The translations under genes were made by a program, and so were the position numbers. Of a stretch of DNA of 64,000 bases, positions 25,106 through 35,435 are shown piece by piece; position 1 is the first letter of the stretch; each line of letters opens with the position of its first letter. Source of the stretch: Candidatus Uhrbacteria bacterium (GTDB taxonomy: Bacteria; Patescibacteriota; Patescibacteriia; UBA9934); contig JABHCP010000012.1 of the NCBI GenBank assembly GCA_018673485.1, positions 30,393 to 94,392 of the forward strand, written 5' to 3'. The notes below the pieces were generated by a model. The model ran no database searches, was not told where the DNA came from, and saw only the letters and a list, made by a program, of their open reading frames with translations.

Positions 25106-26377
25106 CTATTTTAGGGTTGTGAGTCGTTCTTTGCCGCCCATGTATCCGCGCAACGCTTCTGGAATGATTACAGACCCATCTTCTTGCTGGAAGTTCTCCA
25201 AGATAGAAATCATTGTTCGTCCAATTGCAAATGCTGTTCCGTTTAATGTATGAACGAACTGCGGCTTCCCTTCTTCATCTTTGAATCTTGTGTTTAGTCG
25301 TCTTGCTTGGAAATCAGTACATGTTGAGCATGAATGAGTCTCTCTGTATTTTTCCTGTGAAGGAAGCCAAGCTTCAATATCGTATTTGCGTGCCGCTGGA
25401 AGCCCAAGATCACCAGTTACCATCTTTAGCACTTGATATGGAACGCCGAGCCCGTTCATAAGCTTTTCTTCAATCTCCAAGATCATGTTGTGTTCAGCGT
25501 CTGAGTCCTCTGGCTTGCAGAAGCTAAACATCTCAATTTTATCAAATTGATGAACACGTAGAATTCCTTTTGTATCTTTTCCGTACGTTCCAGCTTCGCG
25601 ACGGTAGCAAGGTGAGAAACCAGCGTAACGCATTGCTCCTTTGCCTAGGTCGAGAATTTCGTCCATGTGCATTGGTCCAACAGATTGCTCTGAAGTTCCG
25701 ATGAGGTACATGTTATCTTTTGGTAGGTAGTAGATTTCATCGTGTCCGCCGTGCTCTAAATATCCCATGGCTCGCATTGATCGTGCGTTTACCATGTGTG
25801 GCGTTGTGACTGGAGTGAAGCCGTATTTCATCACCGTATCGAGTGCGTACTGGATTAGTGCGAACTCAAGCATCACACCATCACCTTTAAGATAAGAGAA
25901 TCTTGCCCCGGATACTTTCGCAGCGCGCTCAGTGTCGATGATTCCAAGCGCTTGACCGATTTCCATGTGATCCTTGGGAGTAAAGCTAAACTCTGGAATT
26001 TCACCAACAGTTCTAAGTACTTCGTTTTCACTTTCGTTTGATGCTACTTTAACGTCGCTCAGTGCTGGGTTTGGAATTTTGTGTAGAAGGTCGTCAAGCT
26101 CTTGCTCTAATGGTTGAAGTTCAGCCTTGAGTTCATCTCCTTTTCTGTCCACTTGTTTCATCTCAGTCAGTATCGCTTCTTTTTCAGCTTCATCTGCTTG
26201 TGGGATTCTTTTTGAAGCCTCATTTTTTTGAGTGGCAATTTGTTGAATGTCTTGTTGCAAAGCTCGAACTAGTTTGTCTAGCTCCAAGACTCGCGTAAAG
26301 TCTATCTCAACGTTCTTGGCTTTTGCTGCCTCGCGAATTATGCTTGTATTTTCACGTAGTTTTTTTAAGTCGATCAT
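25106..26377 (-). CDS. serS: Seryl-tRNA synthetase
   Basis: N-terminal coiled coil MIDLKKLREN...; class II motifs (RREAGTYGKDTKGILRVHQF, GSGLAIGRT-like); start could be 26410. Confidence 0.9.
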   Translation of the reverse strand: MIDLKKLRENTSIIREAAKAKNVEIDFTRVLELDKLVRALQQDIQQIATQKNEASKRIPQADEAEKEAILTEMKQVDRKGDELKAELQPLEQELDDLLHKIPNPALSDVKVASNESENEVLRTVGEIPEFSFTPKDHMEIGQALGIIDTERAAKVSGARFSYLKGDGVMLEFALIQYALDTVMKYGFTPVTTPHMVNARSMRAMGYLEHGGHDEIYYLPKDNMYLIGTSEQSVGPMHMDEILDLGKGAMRYAGFSPCYRREAGTYGKDTKGILRVHQFDKIEMFSFCKPEDSDAEHNMILEIEEKLMNGLGVPYQVLKMVTGDLGLPAARKYDIEAWLPSQEKYRETHSCSTCTDFQARRLNTRFKDEEGKPQFVHTLNGTAFAIGRTMISILENFQQEDGSVIIPEALRGYMGGKERLTTLK

Positions 26378-26387
26378 ATTTATTTCG

Positions 26388-26476
26388 AGAAGATCTCTCC
26401 CCTTCGACAAGCTCAGGATCTGTGACTGGGCGTCGAGATGGTGAAAATTCCATTTCGAACGAAGTGAGAAATCTGC
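26388..26476. repeat. Repeat family R2, copy 2 (upstream of serS)
   Basis: agaagatctctcc...gggcgtcgagatggtgaaaattccatttcgaac...gagaaatctgct. Confidence 0.6.
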
Positions 26477-26479
26477 TAG

Positions 26480-26884
26480 TTATTTTCTTAACAGTGATGA
26501 TTTGTATGTGTCTGGTTTAAAAGGCCTGAGTTGGATTACTGGAATATCACCGTTGTATTTATCCAGCCATACCGTGATTGCTTTTTCTAGTTCATCTTGG
26601 TCATAGCCAATTGCAATGATGTCTGGTTGGACGATGCTTATTGCTCTAAATGCTCCGATGTCCAAATCACCTGGGATGATTTGAGATATTTGAGACTGCT
26701 TTTTAAGAGCTTCCTTTCTTTGCTCGAACGGTTCAATCGGATCTTTACCCTTGAGCTCACGGACAACCTTGTCTTGAGTTAGGCAGACAACTATGTTGTC
26801 ACCGAGCTCTTTCACTTGATCAAAGAAGTCGTCGTGTCCTGGGTGAAGTCCATCAAATGTACCAAAGACAAGTACGGTTTTCAT
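26480..26884 (-). CDS. Cytidylyltransferase-like nucleotidyltransferase, RibL-like FAD synthetase candidate
   Basis: MKTVLVFGTFDGLHPGHDDFF (HxGH nucleotidyltransferase motif) and overall pattern resembling the archaeal-type FMN adenylyltransferase RibL. Confidence 0.55.
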   Translation of the reverse strand: MKTVLVFGTFDGLHPGHDDFFDQVKELGDNIVVCLTQDKVVRELKGKDPIEPFEQRKEALKKQSQISQIIPGDLDIGAFRAISIVQPDIIAIGYDQDELEKAITVWLDKYNGDIPVIQLRPFKPDTYKSSLLRK

Positions 26885-26902
26885 ATTTATCGCTTTTAAG
26901 TT

Positions 26903-26966
26903 AGAAGATCTCTCCTGGGCGTCGAGATGGAATTTATTTCCATTTCGACCCATGGGAGAAATCTTC
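26903..26966. repeat. Repeat family R2, copy 3 (short form)
   Basis: agaagatctctcctgggcgtcgagatggaatttatttccatttcgacccatgggagaaatcttct. Confidence 0.6.
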
Positions 26967-26984
26967 TAACGTCGAAGATTTGAT

Positions 26985-28505
26985 TTATCCCTGTTTATCC
27001 TCAGGCTGCGTAGAAGGTGCGCTCGACTCGGACGAGTCTGACGAATCGTGTCTTGGTTTTAGCGCTGGGAACAATATTACATCCTTGATAGTTTTCGATG
27101 CTGTTAGAAGCATAACCAGTCTATCGATCCCAATTCCATATCCGGCCGTCGGTGGCATTCCGTGTTTTAGAGCGGTCAGATAGTCATCATCGATTCGTTG
27201 AGCTTCCTCACTTCCCTGCTCTCGCAAAGTTTCTTGTTCACGGAAGCGATCTTCTTGCTCGAGTGGGTCGTTTAACTCGTTAAATGCGTTACACATTTCC
27301 ATTCCAAGCACTACTAGTTGCGCACTGGCACTATAATGTGGGTTGTTCTCCCGACGCTTTGCAAGTGGCTTCATAGCCGCTGGGTAGTCTGTTACAAAAG
27401 TTGGTTGAATCACTTTAGGTCGGGCGCCATGCTTGTACAGAGCGTCAACAAGTTCTCCATAGCCATAAACTCCTTCGGTCTTAACACCAGTCTCGTCCAT
27501 TACATTGCGTAGTCCAGATTCATCAGTGTAAGCGTCAAGGTCGATTTGAGTGTGCTCAATAATTACCTCGCGGAATGTTTTACGCGGAATGTTTTTAAAT
27601 GACAGTACTGTATCGTCAATCACGACTTCATCCTTTCCATCTGTGATTGCGTGCAGTGCAGCGAGCACTAGACCTTCAAGATGATCGATGAGCTCTTCGA
27701 TTGTGGCATATGCCCAGTAAGCTTCGATTTGAGTGAATTCAGGATTGTGTTGTGGGCTGATGCCTTCGTTGCGGAAGCAGCGTGCAAATTCATAAACCTT
27801 TTCCATTCCACCAACAACTAATCGCTTAAGATAAAGCTCTGGCGCGATTCTTAAGTACAAGTCTGTATGAAGTGTATTGTGATGAGTTGTGAATGGTTTT
27901 GCGTTTGCTCCTCCTGGAATTGGCTGAAGTATTGGGGTCTCGACTTCCATGAATCCATTGCCTTCCAAGAATTCTCGCATTGCACGAACCATTTTTGCGC
28001 GAGAGAGCGCAAGTTTCATTGAATCCTCGTTTGCAATTAGGTCCAAGTATCGCTGACGGTATCGAGTTTCTAAATCAGTGAGTCCATGAAATTTTTCCGG
28101 AAGTGGTAGCAGACTTTTAGTAAGTATGCGAATGGTTTCAGCTTTGAGTGATTCCTCTCCCTTCTTAGTTGTAAACACAGCTCCAAAAAATTCAAAGAAG
28201 TCTCCGACGTCTGATGTTTCAAAAAAGTTATTATAATCATTTTCACCCAAGGTCTGCTTGTGAAGAACAACCTGCATTTTTCCTGAGCTGTCTTGCAGTA
28301 CTACAAATGCAATTCCGCCGTGTTTTCGAATAGCACGAATTCGACCACAGACTGTGATCTTTTCCTGTGACGATTCTAACTCTTCAAAGTTTTCAAAAAA
28401 ATCTTTGGCAGTGTGCGATCGGTGAGCACGAGCAGGATATGGATTTGTCCCACCATCTTGCAATGCTTTAAGTCGATCACGTCGAATTTGTTCTTCTTCA
28501 ATCAT
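26985..28505 (-). CDS. lysS: Lysyl-tRNA synthetase, class II
   Basis: OB-fold N-terminal domain (GGIAFVVLQDSSGKMQVVL) and class II core (FRNEG, GGANAKPF, GIGIDRLVM). Confidence 0.9.
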   Translation of the reverse strand: MIEEEQIRRDRLKALQDGGTNPYPARAHRSHTAKDFFENFEELESSQEKITVCGRIRAIRKHGGIAFVVLQDSSGKMQVVLHKQTLGENDYNNFFETSDVGDFFEFFGAVFTTKKGEESLKAETIRILTKSLLPLPEKFHGLTDLETRYRQRYLDLIANEDSMKLALSRAKMVRAMREFLEGNGFMEVETPILQPIPGGANAKPFTTHHNTLHTDLYLRIAPELYLKRLVVGGMEKVYEFARCFRNEGISPQHNPEFTQIEAYWAYATIEELIDHLEGLVLAALHAITDGKDEVVIDDTVLSFKNIPRKTFREVIIEHTQIDLDAYTDESGLRNVMDETGVKTEGVYGYGELVDALYKHGARPKVIQPTFVTDYPAAMKPLAKRRENNPHYSASAQLVVLGMEMCNAFNELNDPLEQEDRFREQETLREQGSEEAQRIDDDYLTALKHGMPPTAGYGIGIDRLVMLLTASKTIKDVILFPALKPRHDSSDSSESSAPSTQPEDKQG

Positions 28506-28510
28506 AGAAA

Positions 28511-28548
28511 TAGGTAGTAGTAAGTACGAAGTAGCTAGTAGAAAATAG
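28511..28548. repeat. R3 heptad repeat directly upstream of the lysS start codon
   Basis: taggtagtagtaagtacgaagtagctagtagaaaatag; the minus strand reads CTAC...CTTACTACTACCTATTTCT-ATG. Confidence 0.6.
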
Positions 28549-28645
28549 CCTTTTTACAGACGTATTCTACTCTGTGCGCTTTACCGTGTCAAAATTTTCT
28601 AAATAGGTCCTATGGGTCCAATAGGACTTATACGACCCATTCTAA

Positions 28646-28682
28646 AAGCCGGTCGATCGACCGGCTTTTCTGTTTTTTTACA
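28646..28682. terminator. Bidirectional terminator built on the agccggtcgatcgaccggct palindrome flanked by A/T runs
   Basis: 10-bp perfect palindromic stem, then TTTTCTGTTTTTTT. Confidence 0.6.
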
Positions 28683-28713
28683 CTGCGAACTGAGTACTGC
28701 GTACTGCGCACTG

Positions 28714-29175
28714 TTATTCTATCGAAATTACTTTGTACTCTGCTTCACCGGCTGGGGTTTGGAGTTTTGCTGACTCTCCGACGCTAAGGCCGAGGAATGC
28801 GTTTCCTAGTGGTGATTCGTTGCTAATTTTTCCGGCCATTGGGTCTGACTCAGATGCGCCAACGATTTCGAAATCTTTTTTATTTCCGTTAATTTCAGCT
28901 CCAAAACGTACTCCAAGGCTGATGCTAGATTCGCCTGACTTCGAGTCAACTATTACGGCATTGCGAATCATGTCCTCGATTTCGATGATCCGGGACTCGT
29001 TTTGTCCTTGGCGATCCTTTGCATCGTGATACTCAAAATTCTCAGAGAGATCTCCAAGTTCCTTAGCTGATCCGATTTGCTCGGATAATTCCTTACGGTT
29101 TACGGTCTTTCGCGTACGAAGCTCTTCTTTGATTGATTCAAGAGCATCTTGCGATAAATACTGTGGTCCTGACAT
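28714..29175 (-). CDS. greA: Transcription elongation factor GreA
   Basis: LSQDALESIKEELRTRK...LGDLSENFEYHDAKDRQ coiled-coil finger, then an FKBP-like C-terminal domain. Confidence 0.85.
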   Translation of the reverse strand: MSGPQYLSQDALESIKEELRTRKTVNRKELSEQIGSAKELGDLSENFEYHDAKDRQGQNESRIIEIEDMIRNAVIVDSKSGESSISLGVRFGAEINGNKKDFEIVGASESDPMAGKISNESPLGNAFLGLSVGESAKLQTPAGEAEYKVISIE

Positions 29176-29184
29176 ATTAAGATA

Positions 29185-29210
29185 TGAAACACCGCCCTTT
29201 GGGCGGTTTA
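29185..29210. terminator. Hairpin terminator aaacaccgccc-tttg-ggcggtttatt
   Basis: Perfect stem followed by a T-rich tract. Confidence 0.5.
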
Positions 29211-29270
29211 TTGATTACTGTAATGCTAATAGTAGCCCAATTTTGCAAATATGTCAATGTGGCTGTGGAT

Positions 29271-30068
29271 TTAAATCCATCCCATATTTTTATACCGTTC
29301 TTCTTGTTTATCTGGGTCCCATGATATCCAACCATCGATTATCTTTTTTGTGTGTGACTTTTTGATGAGAGGTATGGCCATTGTGCCAAATTCAGTAATA
29401 GCGCAATGTTCAACCTCTTCAGGCAGAAGGCCGTTTGGTGACATGAAGAATGTAAAAAGATATTCTCCAATAAGGAAATAATAGATAGTACCATCTCTTC
29501 TTGATTTATGCTTTTGTGGTTGCATTATGACATCATCGAGGTGTTTATATCCATTTAATTTATATATTACGCATGGAAAATCGTCACTTTTCAGTTCAAT
29601 CTCACCATTTAAATATCCCCTGAATTTTTTTTCGTGCAGTCCGAGTTCTATGTCTTTGTATTCATTTTTTATGGATATATTCATTTTCCATAAAATGGAA
29701 ATCAAAAAACTTTTGAATTTATTGTAATCAACTTTTATATTTCTAATGTTTTCGAACTTGAAATTTTCATATTGATTCATAAGTTCATAGTTGCCGGTCA
29801 AATCTTCTTTAGCTGGGTATAGCAATTTTTTTGCATAAGCTTCGAATTTTCCTATCCGACCCTCACATGTATCGCAGAGAATATGATTATCAAAAATACC
29901 AGTTTGTACTGTGCGTAGTCTATTTCTGGTTCTTGCGTTGAAGTGTAGCATTTTGTAATTTTCATCCAGCGCATGAATTTTATACAAAAAATTTGGAATG
30001 ATATGCGATTTATATACAAGCATCTTGGTCACAAGACAAAGTTTGCATTCCCCCATTTTCATCTTCAT
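29271..30068 (-). CDS. Hypothetical AT-rich protein with two CxxC pairs, translationally coupled to pbp2
   Basis: 265 aa, CKLC...CDTC; the start overlaps the pbp2 stop by 4 nt; GC visibly lower than its neighbours. Confidence 0.5.
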   Translation of the reverse strand: MKMKMGECKLCLVTKMLVYKSHIIPNFLYKIHALDENYKMLHFNARTRNRLRTVQTGIFDNHILCDTCEGRIGKFEAYAKKLLYPAKEDLTGNYELMNQYENFKFENIRNIKVDYNKFKSFLISILWKMNISIKNEYKDIELGLHEKKFRGYLNGEIELKSDDFPCVIYKLNGYKHLDDVIMQPQKHKSRRDGTIYYFLIGEYLFTFFMSPNGLLPEEVEHCAITEFGTMAIPLIKKSHTKKIIDGWISWDPDKQEERYKNMGWI

Positions 30069-31975
30069 AAGCTTTCATTAGAAAACCAGTAATTCAAAAT
30101 ATCGAGCGTAATTGGAACGGCGATGTAGTAGTCCCCTCCTCCTTCTTCGATTAGTACTGTTATTACAATCTCGGCGTTATCATATGGGGCGAAGCCGGTG
30201 AACCAGGAGTGCGGGACGCCAGCTGTGGACCATTGGGCGGTTCCGGTTTTTCCAGCGACTGTAACTGGTGCGGATTGCAGTGCAGTGGCACTTCCGTCTG
30301 TTACAGTTTGGCGCATTGCGTCTTGGATGATTGTTGCGGTGCTTTCGTCGATAATTACTTTTGATTCAACTTCAAGTTCCGAATTTATATGTGGAGTTAC
30401 TAGCGATCCGCCATTTGCAAAAACTGCGGTTGATTGAGCAATCTGCAGTGGAGTTGTGAGTAAGTCACCCTGCCCTATTGCTACGTGGTAGGTGTCTCCG
30501 ATGTACCATTGCTCGCCCTTCACCTCCTCTTTCCATTCCATACTAGGTAAAAATCCATCAGCCTCGCCAGGCAAGTCGATCCCTGTTGTATCACCAAACC
30601 CAAACAACGAAGCGTATTGCATCATTCTGTCGAGCCCAAGTCCTTCAAAGGTCTCGCTTCCACCACCGATGTAGTAGAAAAATGTGTTAACAGAGTCGGC
30701 TATCGCGTGATAGACGTTTGTAAGACCGTGCCCTCCTGCGCGCCAATCTGGGAAAAACCAAATACTTACCCATATACCACCGGTTGACGTGAATGTTGTG
30801 TATGGTGTGATGACTTCTTCGATGAGAGCGGCGGCGGCAAATACTGGTTTAATGGTTGACCCTGACGGGAATTCTCCCGAAGTAGCACGCGGGTACAGTG
30901 GCTGGTCTTCATCATTTACGAGTTCGATATAGCTTTCTTCATCTATCCCCGAGGCGAATAGATTTGCGTCATATGCGGGCCACGAGACAAGCGAGAGTAT
31001 TGATCCGTCTTGCGCATCCATCACGATCACAGAACCGCGTGAGGCTCCGGTGCCCTCCATCCTCGCCGTTAAGGTGTCTTCAATATAGCTCTGCAGATTT
31101 GCGTCGAGCGTGGTGTAAAGATTGGTGCCGTTTTCAGGTTCGACTTTTGATATGATTCTTTCGATATTTCCTCGAGCATCAACTTCAAGCAGTTCTTCGC
31201 CGTAGGATCCTCGTAATTGTTTTTCATATTCCTTTTCAAGCCCTTGTTTTCCAATGTGATCGAATTGTCTGTAGCCAGTTCCTTTTACAAGATCGTATTC
31301 TTGTTCACTGATACCAGATGTGTAACCTAGAATGTGAGAGAGCGTTGGAATCTCATCGGTTATGTATTGCCGCAGTGCGTTTGTCTCGACAGAAAGCCAT
31401 GGGTATTGCGATTCATATGACATGCAAAACAGCGCTTGATCGTACGATATATATTCAGCCAATAGAATGTCGGTATCAGGATCTTCGTCGTATTGAGTGG
31501 TAATTTCGTTAACATCAATCTTTAGATGGTTTGCGATGGTGTAAATATCATCATGATATTCAGTATCAAAAAGCGTATATGACGGTACGATGATGTTGAA
31601 TGTAGGTATATTTTCAGCAAGAACAATTCCATTGCGGTCATATATCACACCGCGTTGTGCAGGTAGTGTTTTGTGTAGAATTCTGTTCTCCTCAGCCAGC
31701 ATTCTGTACTCTTCCCCATTCACGATTTGTAAATACGCAGTCTTTACGACAAAGATTGAAAACACTAAGCACACCATTAATATAGCGCTTGTGAATCTAG
31801 CCTTGGGGACTATCGAGCCCATGAATGATCGATTCGGATCGCTATTTGATGTTGATCTATTTGAAAAAGCTTCTTCAAAGAAAACATTGTCATCGTACTC
31901 TCCACCCAAATTCAAATCCCCACCATCAAATGATGGGAATGGATTGTGTTTTGGTTGATTTGATTGAGGGCTCAT
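30065..31975 (-). CDS. mrdA: Penicillin-binding protein 2 (elongasome transpeptidase)
   Basis: SGSTIKP (SxxK), SxN and KTGTAQ motifs; lies downstream of mreBCD. Confidence 0.8.
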   Translation of the reverse strand: MSPQSNQPKHNPFPSFDGGDLNLGGEYDDNVFFEEAFSNRSTSNSDPNRSFMGSIVPKARFTSAILMVCLVFSIFVVKTAYLQIVNGEEYRMLAEENRILHKTLPAQRGVIYDRNGIVLAENIPTFNIIVPSYTLFDTEYHDDIYTIANHLKIDVNEITTQYDEDPDTDILLAEYISYDQALFCMSYESQYPWLSVETNALRQYITDEIPTLSHILGYTSGISEQEYDLVKGTGYRQFDHIGKQGLEKEYEKQLRGSYGEELLEVDARGNIERIISKVEPENGTNLYTTLDANLQSYIEDTLTARMEGTGASRGSVIVMDAQDGSILSLVSWPAYDANLFASGIDEESYIELVNDEDQPLYPRATSGEFPSGSTIKPVFAAAALIEEVITPYTTFTSTGGIWVSIWFFPDWRAGGHGLTNVYHAIADSVNTFFYYIGGGSETFEGLGLDRMMQYASLFGFGDTTGIDLPGEADGFLPSMEWKEEVKGEQWYIGDTYHVAIGQGDLLTTPLQIAQSTAVFANGGSLVTPHINSELEVESKVIIDESTATIIQDAMRQTVTDGSATALQSAPVTVAGKTGTAQWSTAGVPHSWFTGFAPYDNAEIVITVLIEEGGGDYYIAVPITLDILNYWFSNESL

Positions 31976-32466
31976 GTTTTGCGCGGAATTTTAAATAGTG
32001 AGCCAACAGGCCTAAATCTTTGGATAAGTATAAAGCCAATAATGAGCAAGATCGTCATTTCAAAAATTATATAGCCTAATGATTTGAGATATGGGTGGCC
32101 TGAGAATATATCTATTCCAAGGATTCCGCTCGTAAATGTAAAGGTTGATATGAGGATTATCCCAAGCCCGATAAGCGCGTATACTGACCTTCTTGTAAAT
32201 ACTCGCATCGTTAAAGCAGTACCAACGATGACAACGAGAATGTATGGAATGATATTCATCGATTCCGCTCCAAGCATTGAGAGTAGCATTGGGGACAGAA
32301 GCAACCACATTATTCCAAATGTTATTGGGAGCATGTGGAGCATTAGTACGCCAATGGAAAGCGTTAATGGAAAAAGAAAGATTGGATATCCAAACGTGTT
32401 AATGATGCTGAGCTCTACCACTGTCGAGACGATGAGAAGGATTGTAAATACAATGCTATTCCTCAT
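31972..32466 (-). CDS. mreD: Rod shape-determining protein MreD
   Basis: 164 aa, 5 hydrophobic helices, position between mreC and pbp2. Confidence 0.6.
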   Translation of the reverse strand: MRNSIVFTILLIVSTVVELSIINTFGYPIFLFPLTLSIGVLMLHMLPITFGIMWLLLSPMLLSMLGAESMNIIPYILVVIVGTALTMRVFTRRSVYALIGLGIILISTFTFTSGILGIDIFSGHPYLKSLGYIIFEMTILLIIGFILIQRFRPVGSLFKIPRKT

Positions 32467-33286
32467 ATATCCGTACGCTGGTTGTGTCGATGATCAGAAC
32501 GTTTGAGTAGCTTGTAGACTGGTATATTGGCTCGATCATTGCCTGCTGGAACGATGCGGTTTCTTCTTTAATGATCTCGTAGATCGTACCAATCACAAGG
32601 CCGTCAGGAATTCTTTCATGTAAGTTTGAGGTTATGATCGCGTCGCCGATGTTTAGCTCTCTATCTTGAGGGATGTATTCCATTGAAAGTAAGAATCCAC
32701 TTTCACCTACGAGCAACCCACTGGTGTCAGATTGTCCTAAAATACTGACTGGGATTCTGGTGCTGTTGTCTTCGAGTAGTCTTATTGTTGAAGTGTATTC
32801 AGACACTGAGTCAACTACTCCTATCAAGTGCCCATCACCGACCACTGCTGGTAGACCAGTTTTTATTCCGTCGTGTGACCCTTGGTCGATCAGTAACGTA
32901 TATGATTGTGAAGGTGAGCGGGACAGGATTCTGGCGGCGATTGTTTTGTAGTCGACTGATTGGGAGTACCCGATGAGCTTCTCGAGGTCATAAACTCTCT
33001 TTTCGAGTTCATCAAGATATGATGACTCAACTAAGTATTCAGAACTGAGATTTTTATAGGTCTCGAGCTGGCTTTTTAGGGATTCAGAAGATGAGAATGT
33101 TTGAACAATATAAGTGTTCAACCCTGAACTAATTTTGTAAAACTGTGCTTGTGTGTTGTGCAAGATTGTTGATGCTGGTGTCCATTTCGCAATTCCAATA
33201 AAAACTAAAATGGCTACAAAAATAATTGCAGCCGTTTTAAATGGGTGCAGAATTGCAGACCCAGATTTTCGTTTTATTATTGACAT
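32456..33286 (-). CDS. mreC: Rod shape-determining protein MreC
   Basis: N-terminal helix, coiled coil, then beta domains with the GLPAVVGDGHLIGVVDSV pattern. Confidence 0.75.
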   Translation of the reverse strand: MSIIKRKSGSAILHPFKTAAIIFVAILVFIGIAKWTPASTILHNTQAQFYKISSGLNTYIVQTFSSSESLKSQLETYKNLSSEYLVESSYLDELEKRVYDLEKLIGYSQSVDYKTIAARILSRSPSQSYTLLIDQGSHDGIKTGLPAVVGDGHLIGVVDSVSEYTSTIRLLEDNSTRIPVSILGQSDTSGLLVGESGFLLSMEYIPQDRELNIGDAIITSNLHERIPDGLVIGTIYEIIKEETASFQQAMIEPIYQSTSYSNVLIIDTTSVRIYEE

Positions 33287-33289
33287 GTG

Positions 33290-34342
33290 TTATGCGTATG
33301 GTTCATCTGACGTTGATGGTAGAGCGATTTCTCCAAGCAACTTTTGATCTTCAAGCAACGATCCAGTTCCTCGAGCTACGGTAGTTAACGGGTCCTCAGC
33401 AATGTGCACAGGCACCTCGGTTTCCTTAGCAATAATTTGATCAAGTCCGGTGAGCAATGCCCCACCACCACAGAGTGTGATGCCGCGTTCGTAAATGTCG
33501 GCAACAAGCTCAGGGGGAGTCGACTCAAGTGTTGTTTTAATATTTTCAATTATGACCTTGATGGACTTTTGCAGAGCCTCTCTAATCTGACCATCGTTTA
33601 CAATTACTTCTTTTGGAAGACCAGTCATAAGGTCTCGTCCACGCATTTCGATGTCCATTGGTTCCATTCGCGAGACCGCACTTCCAATGCGACACTTCGC
33701 CTGCTCGGAAACCTTATCACCTACTAAAAGGTTGAATACGTCCCGTGTATATTGGGTTATATTCTTTGTCATCTCCTCACCCGCAACCGTTAGTGACTTC
33801 CAAGTTACAATTCCGTTTAGTGATATGACGGCAATCTCAGTTGTACCTCCACCAATATCTACAACCATATTCCCTACCGATTCCGAGATTGGCAACCGTG
33901 CTCCGATTGCAGCGGCCATAGGTTCCTCGATGAGTATTACTTCACGAGCTCCGGCATTGATTACCGCATCCTCTACAGCCTTGCGCTCGACCTCTGTGAT
34001 CTCCAGTGGCACTCCGATAATTATTCGTGGTCGAGGGACAAGAGTAAATGTTTCATCGTGAATTTTATCGATGAAGTACTTGAGCATTTTCTCTGTTACT
34101 TCAAAGTCAGATACCACACCTTTGGTAAGTGGTTTTGATGTACGAATGTGTGGAGGAGTTTTCCCAAGCATGTCTTTAGCGGAATGGCCGACAGCAACTA
34201 TCTGGTTTGTTCGATCATTGATGGCAACGATCGATGGCTCATTAATAACAACACCCTTTCCTTTAACAAAAAGAAGGGTATTTTCTGTTCCCAAATCAAT
34301 ACCAATATCCTCCGAAAATCGACCAAAAAATTTGTTCAACAT
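33290..34342 (-). CDS. mreB: Rod shape-determining actin homologue MreB
   Basis: IGIDLGTENTLLFVKGKGVVINEPSIVAI phosphate-1 motif; 350 aa. Confidence 0.9.
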   Translation of the reverse strand: MLNKFFGRFSEDIGIDLGTENTLLFVKGKGVVINEPSIVAINDRTNQIVAVGHSAKDMLGKTPPHIRTSKPLTKGVVSDFEVTEKMLKYFIDKIHDETFTLVPRPRIIIGVPLEITEVERKAVEDAVINAGAREVILIEEPMAAAIGARLPISESVGNMVVDIGGGTTEIAVISLNGIVTWKSLTVAGEEMTKNITQYTRDVFNLLVGDKVSEQAKCRIGSAVSRMEPMDIEMRGRDLMTGLPKEVIVNDGQIREALQKSIKVIIENIKTTLESTPPELVADIYERGITLCGGGALLTGLDQIIAKETEVPVHIAEDPLTTVARGTGSLLEDQKLLGEIALPSTSDEPYA

Positions 34343-34407
34343 AAGGGCTTACTGAGTCTTTATCTTACTCGATGCCTCATAGTCCTTCAAGGGATCCTGT
34401 GGAATTA

Positions 34408-34815
34408 TTATTCCCCGTGTCTGTGCGCGCTACCCTCAATGGATAGAAAGATGAATTCTAGAATAGAAATCGCTAATATAAATATCAAAAGTGTCACAGT
34501 TGTTAGGTATCCAAGTGCTAGGAGTATGAGCGCCCCTTCAACCAATATTGAAAGAAAAACACCCTGCCTTAGCGAAACCTTGATCACAGACTCAACAGTT
34601 GAGTGCTTTTTTCGCTTCATTCGCACCAAAGTCGCAAGGGATGCAAATATTCCGATCAAAGCCACGAATAGTGTGATGTAGAAAGCTAAGAAGCCAAAAA
34701 GTCCGGCGGTGACTGGATTTATACTAATTAGCACAATTAACCATGCGCATACCGCAATCGCAGTTCCTGAGCAAAGAAATAGTAGATATTGTTTTACTGA
34801 CATAAAATGGTTCAC
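34408..34815 (-). CDS. Hypothetical small membrane protein
   Basis: 135 aa, 3-4 hydrophobic helices. Confidence 0.45.
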   Translation of the reverse strand: MNHFMSVKQYLLFLCSGTAIAVCAWLIVLISINPVTAGLFGFLAFYITLFVALIGIFASLATLVRMKRKKHSTVESVIKVSLRQGVFLSILVEGALILLALGYLTTVTLLIFILAISILEFIFLSIEGSAHRHGE

Positions 34816-34821
34816 TTATTT

Positions 34822-35364
34822 TCACGACCCCATCGTTTCAATTATTGAATTATAATCAATTTTATCGAAGTCACTGGTCTCGATTTTAATTACAGAACCT
34901 GGTAGTTCTAGTGGAGAGAATGATGCCTCACCCGAATAGTCGTTTGATTTTAAGCTTTGTTTGGCTTTTTCAAGATACTGTTCATCACCATGACCAGAGT
35001 GGCGTTCACCTGATTCCAAGCGTTGGATGAATCGTTCGGCCAGAACTTTTGGTTCAGCGTGAAGATATATTTGGATCAGATCGGCTCTGTTATGCTGAGA
35101 TATCTTAATCAAACGTTGAACTTGCTGATCATCGATAAAGTCACTCTCGACGATGCAAGATTGGTCTTCATTTAAAGCTTCCTTAAGATTCTCAAATAGG
35201 TCATCGTAACTTTCTTGAATAAGTGAACCTCTTTCATCCTGATCAAATCGTTTTTCCTTATAGTGATCCAAAGAAAAAATCTGCCAATCTAATAGCTCTG
35301 ATAATTTCTTAGCCACGCCAGTTTTTCCAGTGCACCAGGCCCCGGATATCACAATTATTTTCAT
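34822..35364 (-). CDS. P-loop NTPase, kinase-like
   Basis: Walker A motif ISGAWCTGKTGVA at the N-terminus; 180 aa. Confidence 0.5.
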   Translation of the reverse strand: MKIIVISGAWCTGKTGVAKKLSELLDWQIFSLDHYKEKRFDQDERGSLIQESYDDLFENLKEALNEDQSCIVESDFIDDQQVQRLIKISQHNRADLIQIYLHAEPKVLAERFIQRLESGERHSGHGDEQYLEKAKQSLKSNDYSGEASFSPLELPGSVIKIETSDFDKIDYNSIIETMGS

Positions 35365-35435
35365 ACACCTTTATCATATAAGTGTACCTTGAACAAAATT
35401 CCTATTATAGATTCTATATTCAATATTCAATTCCA

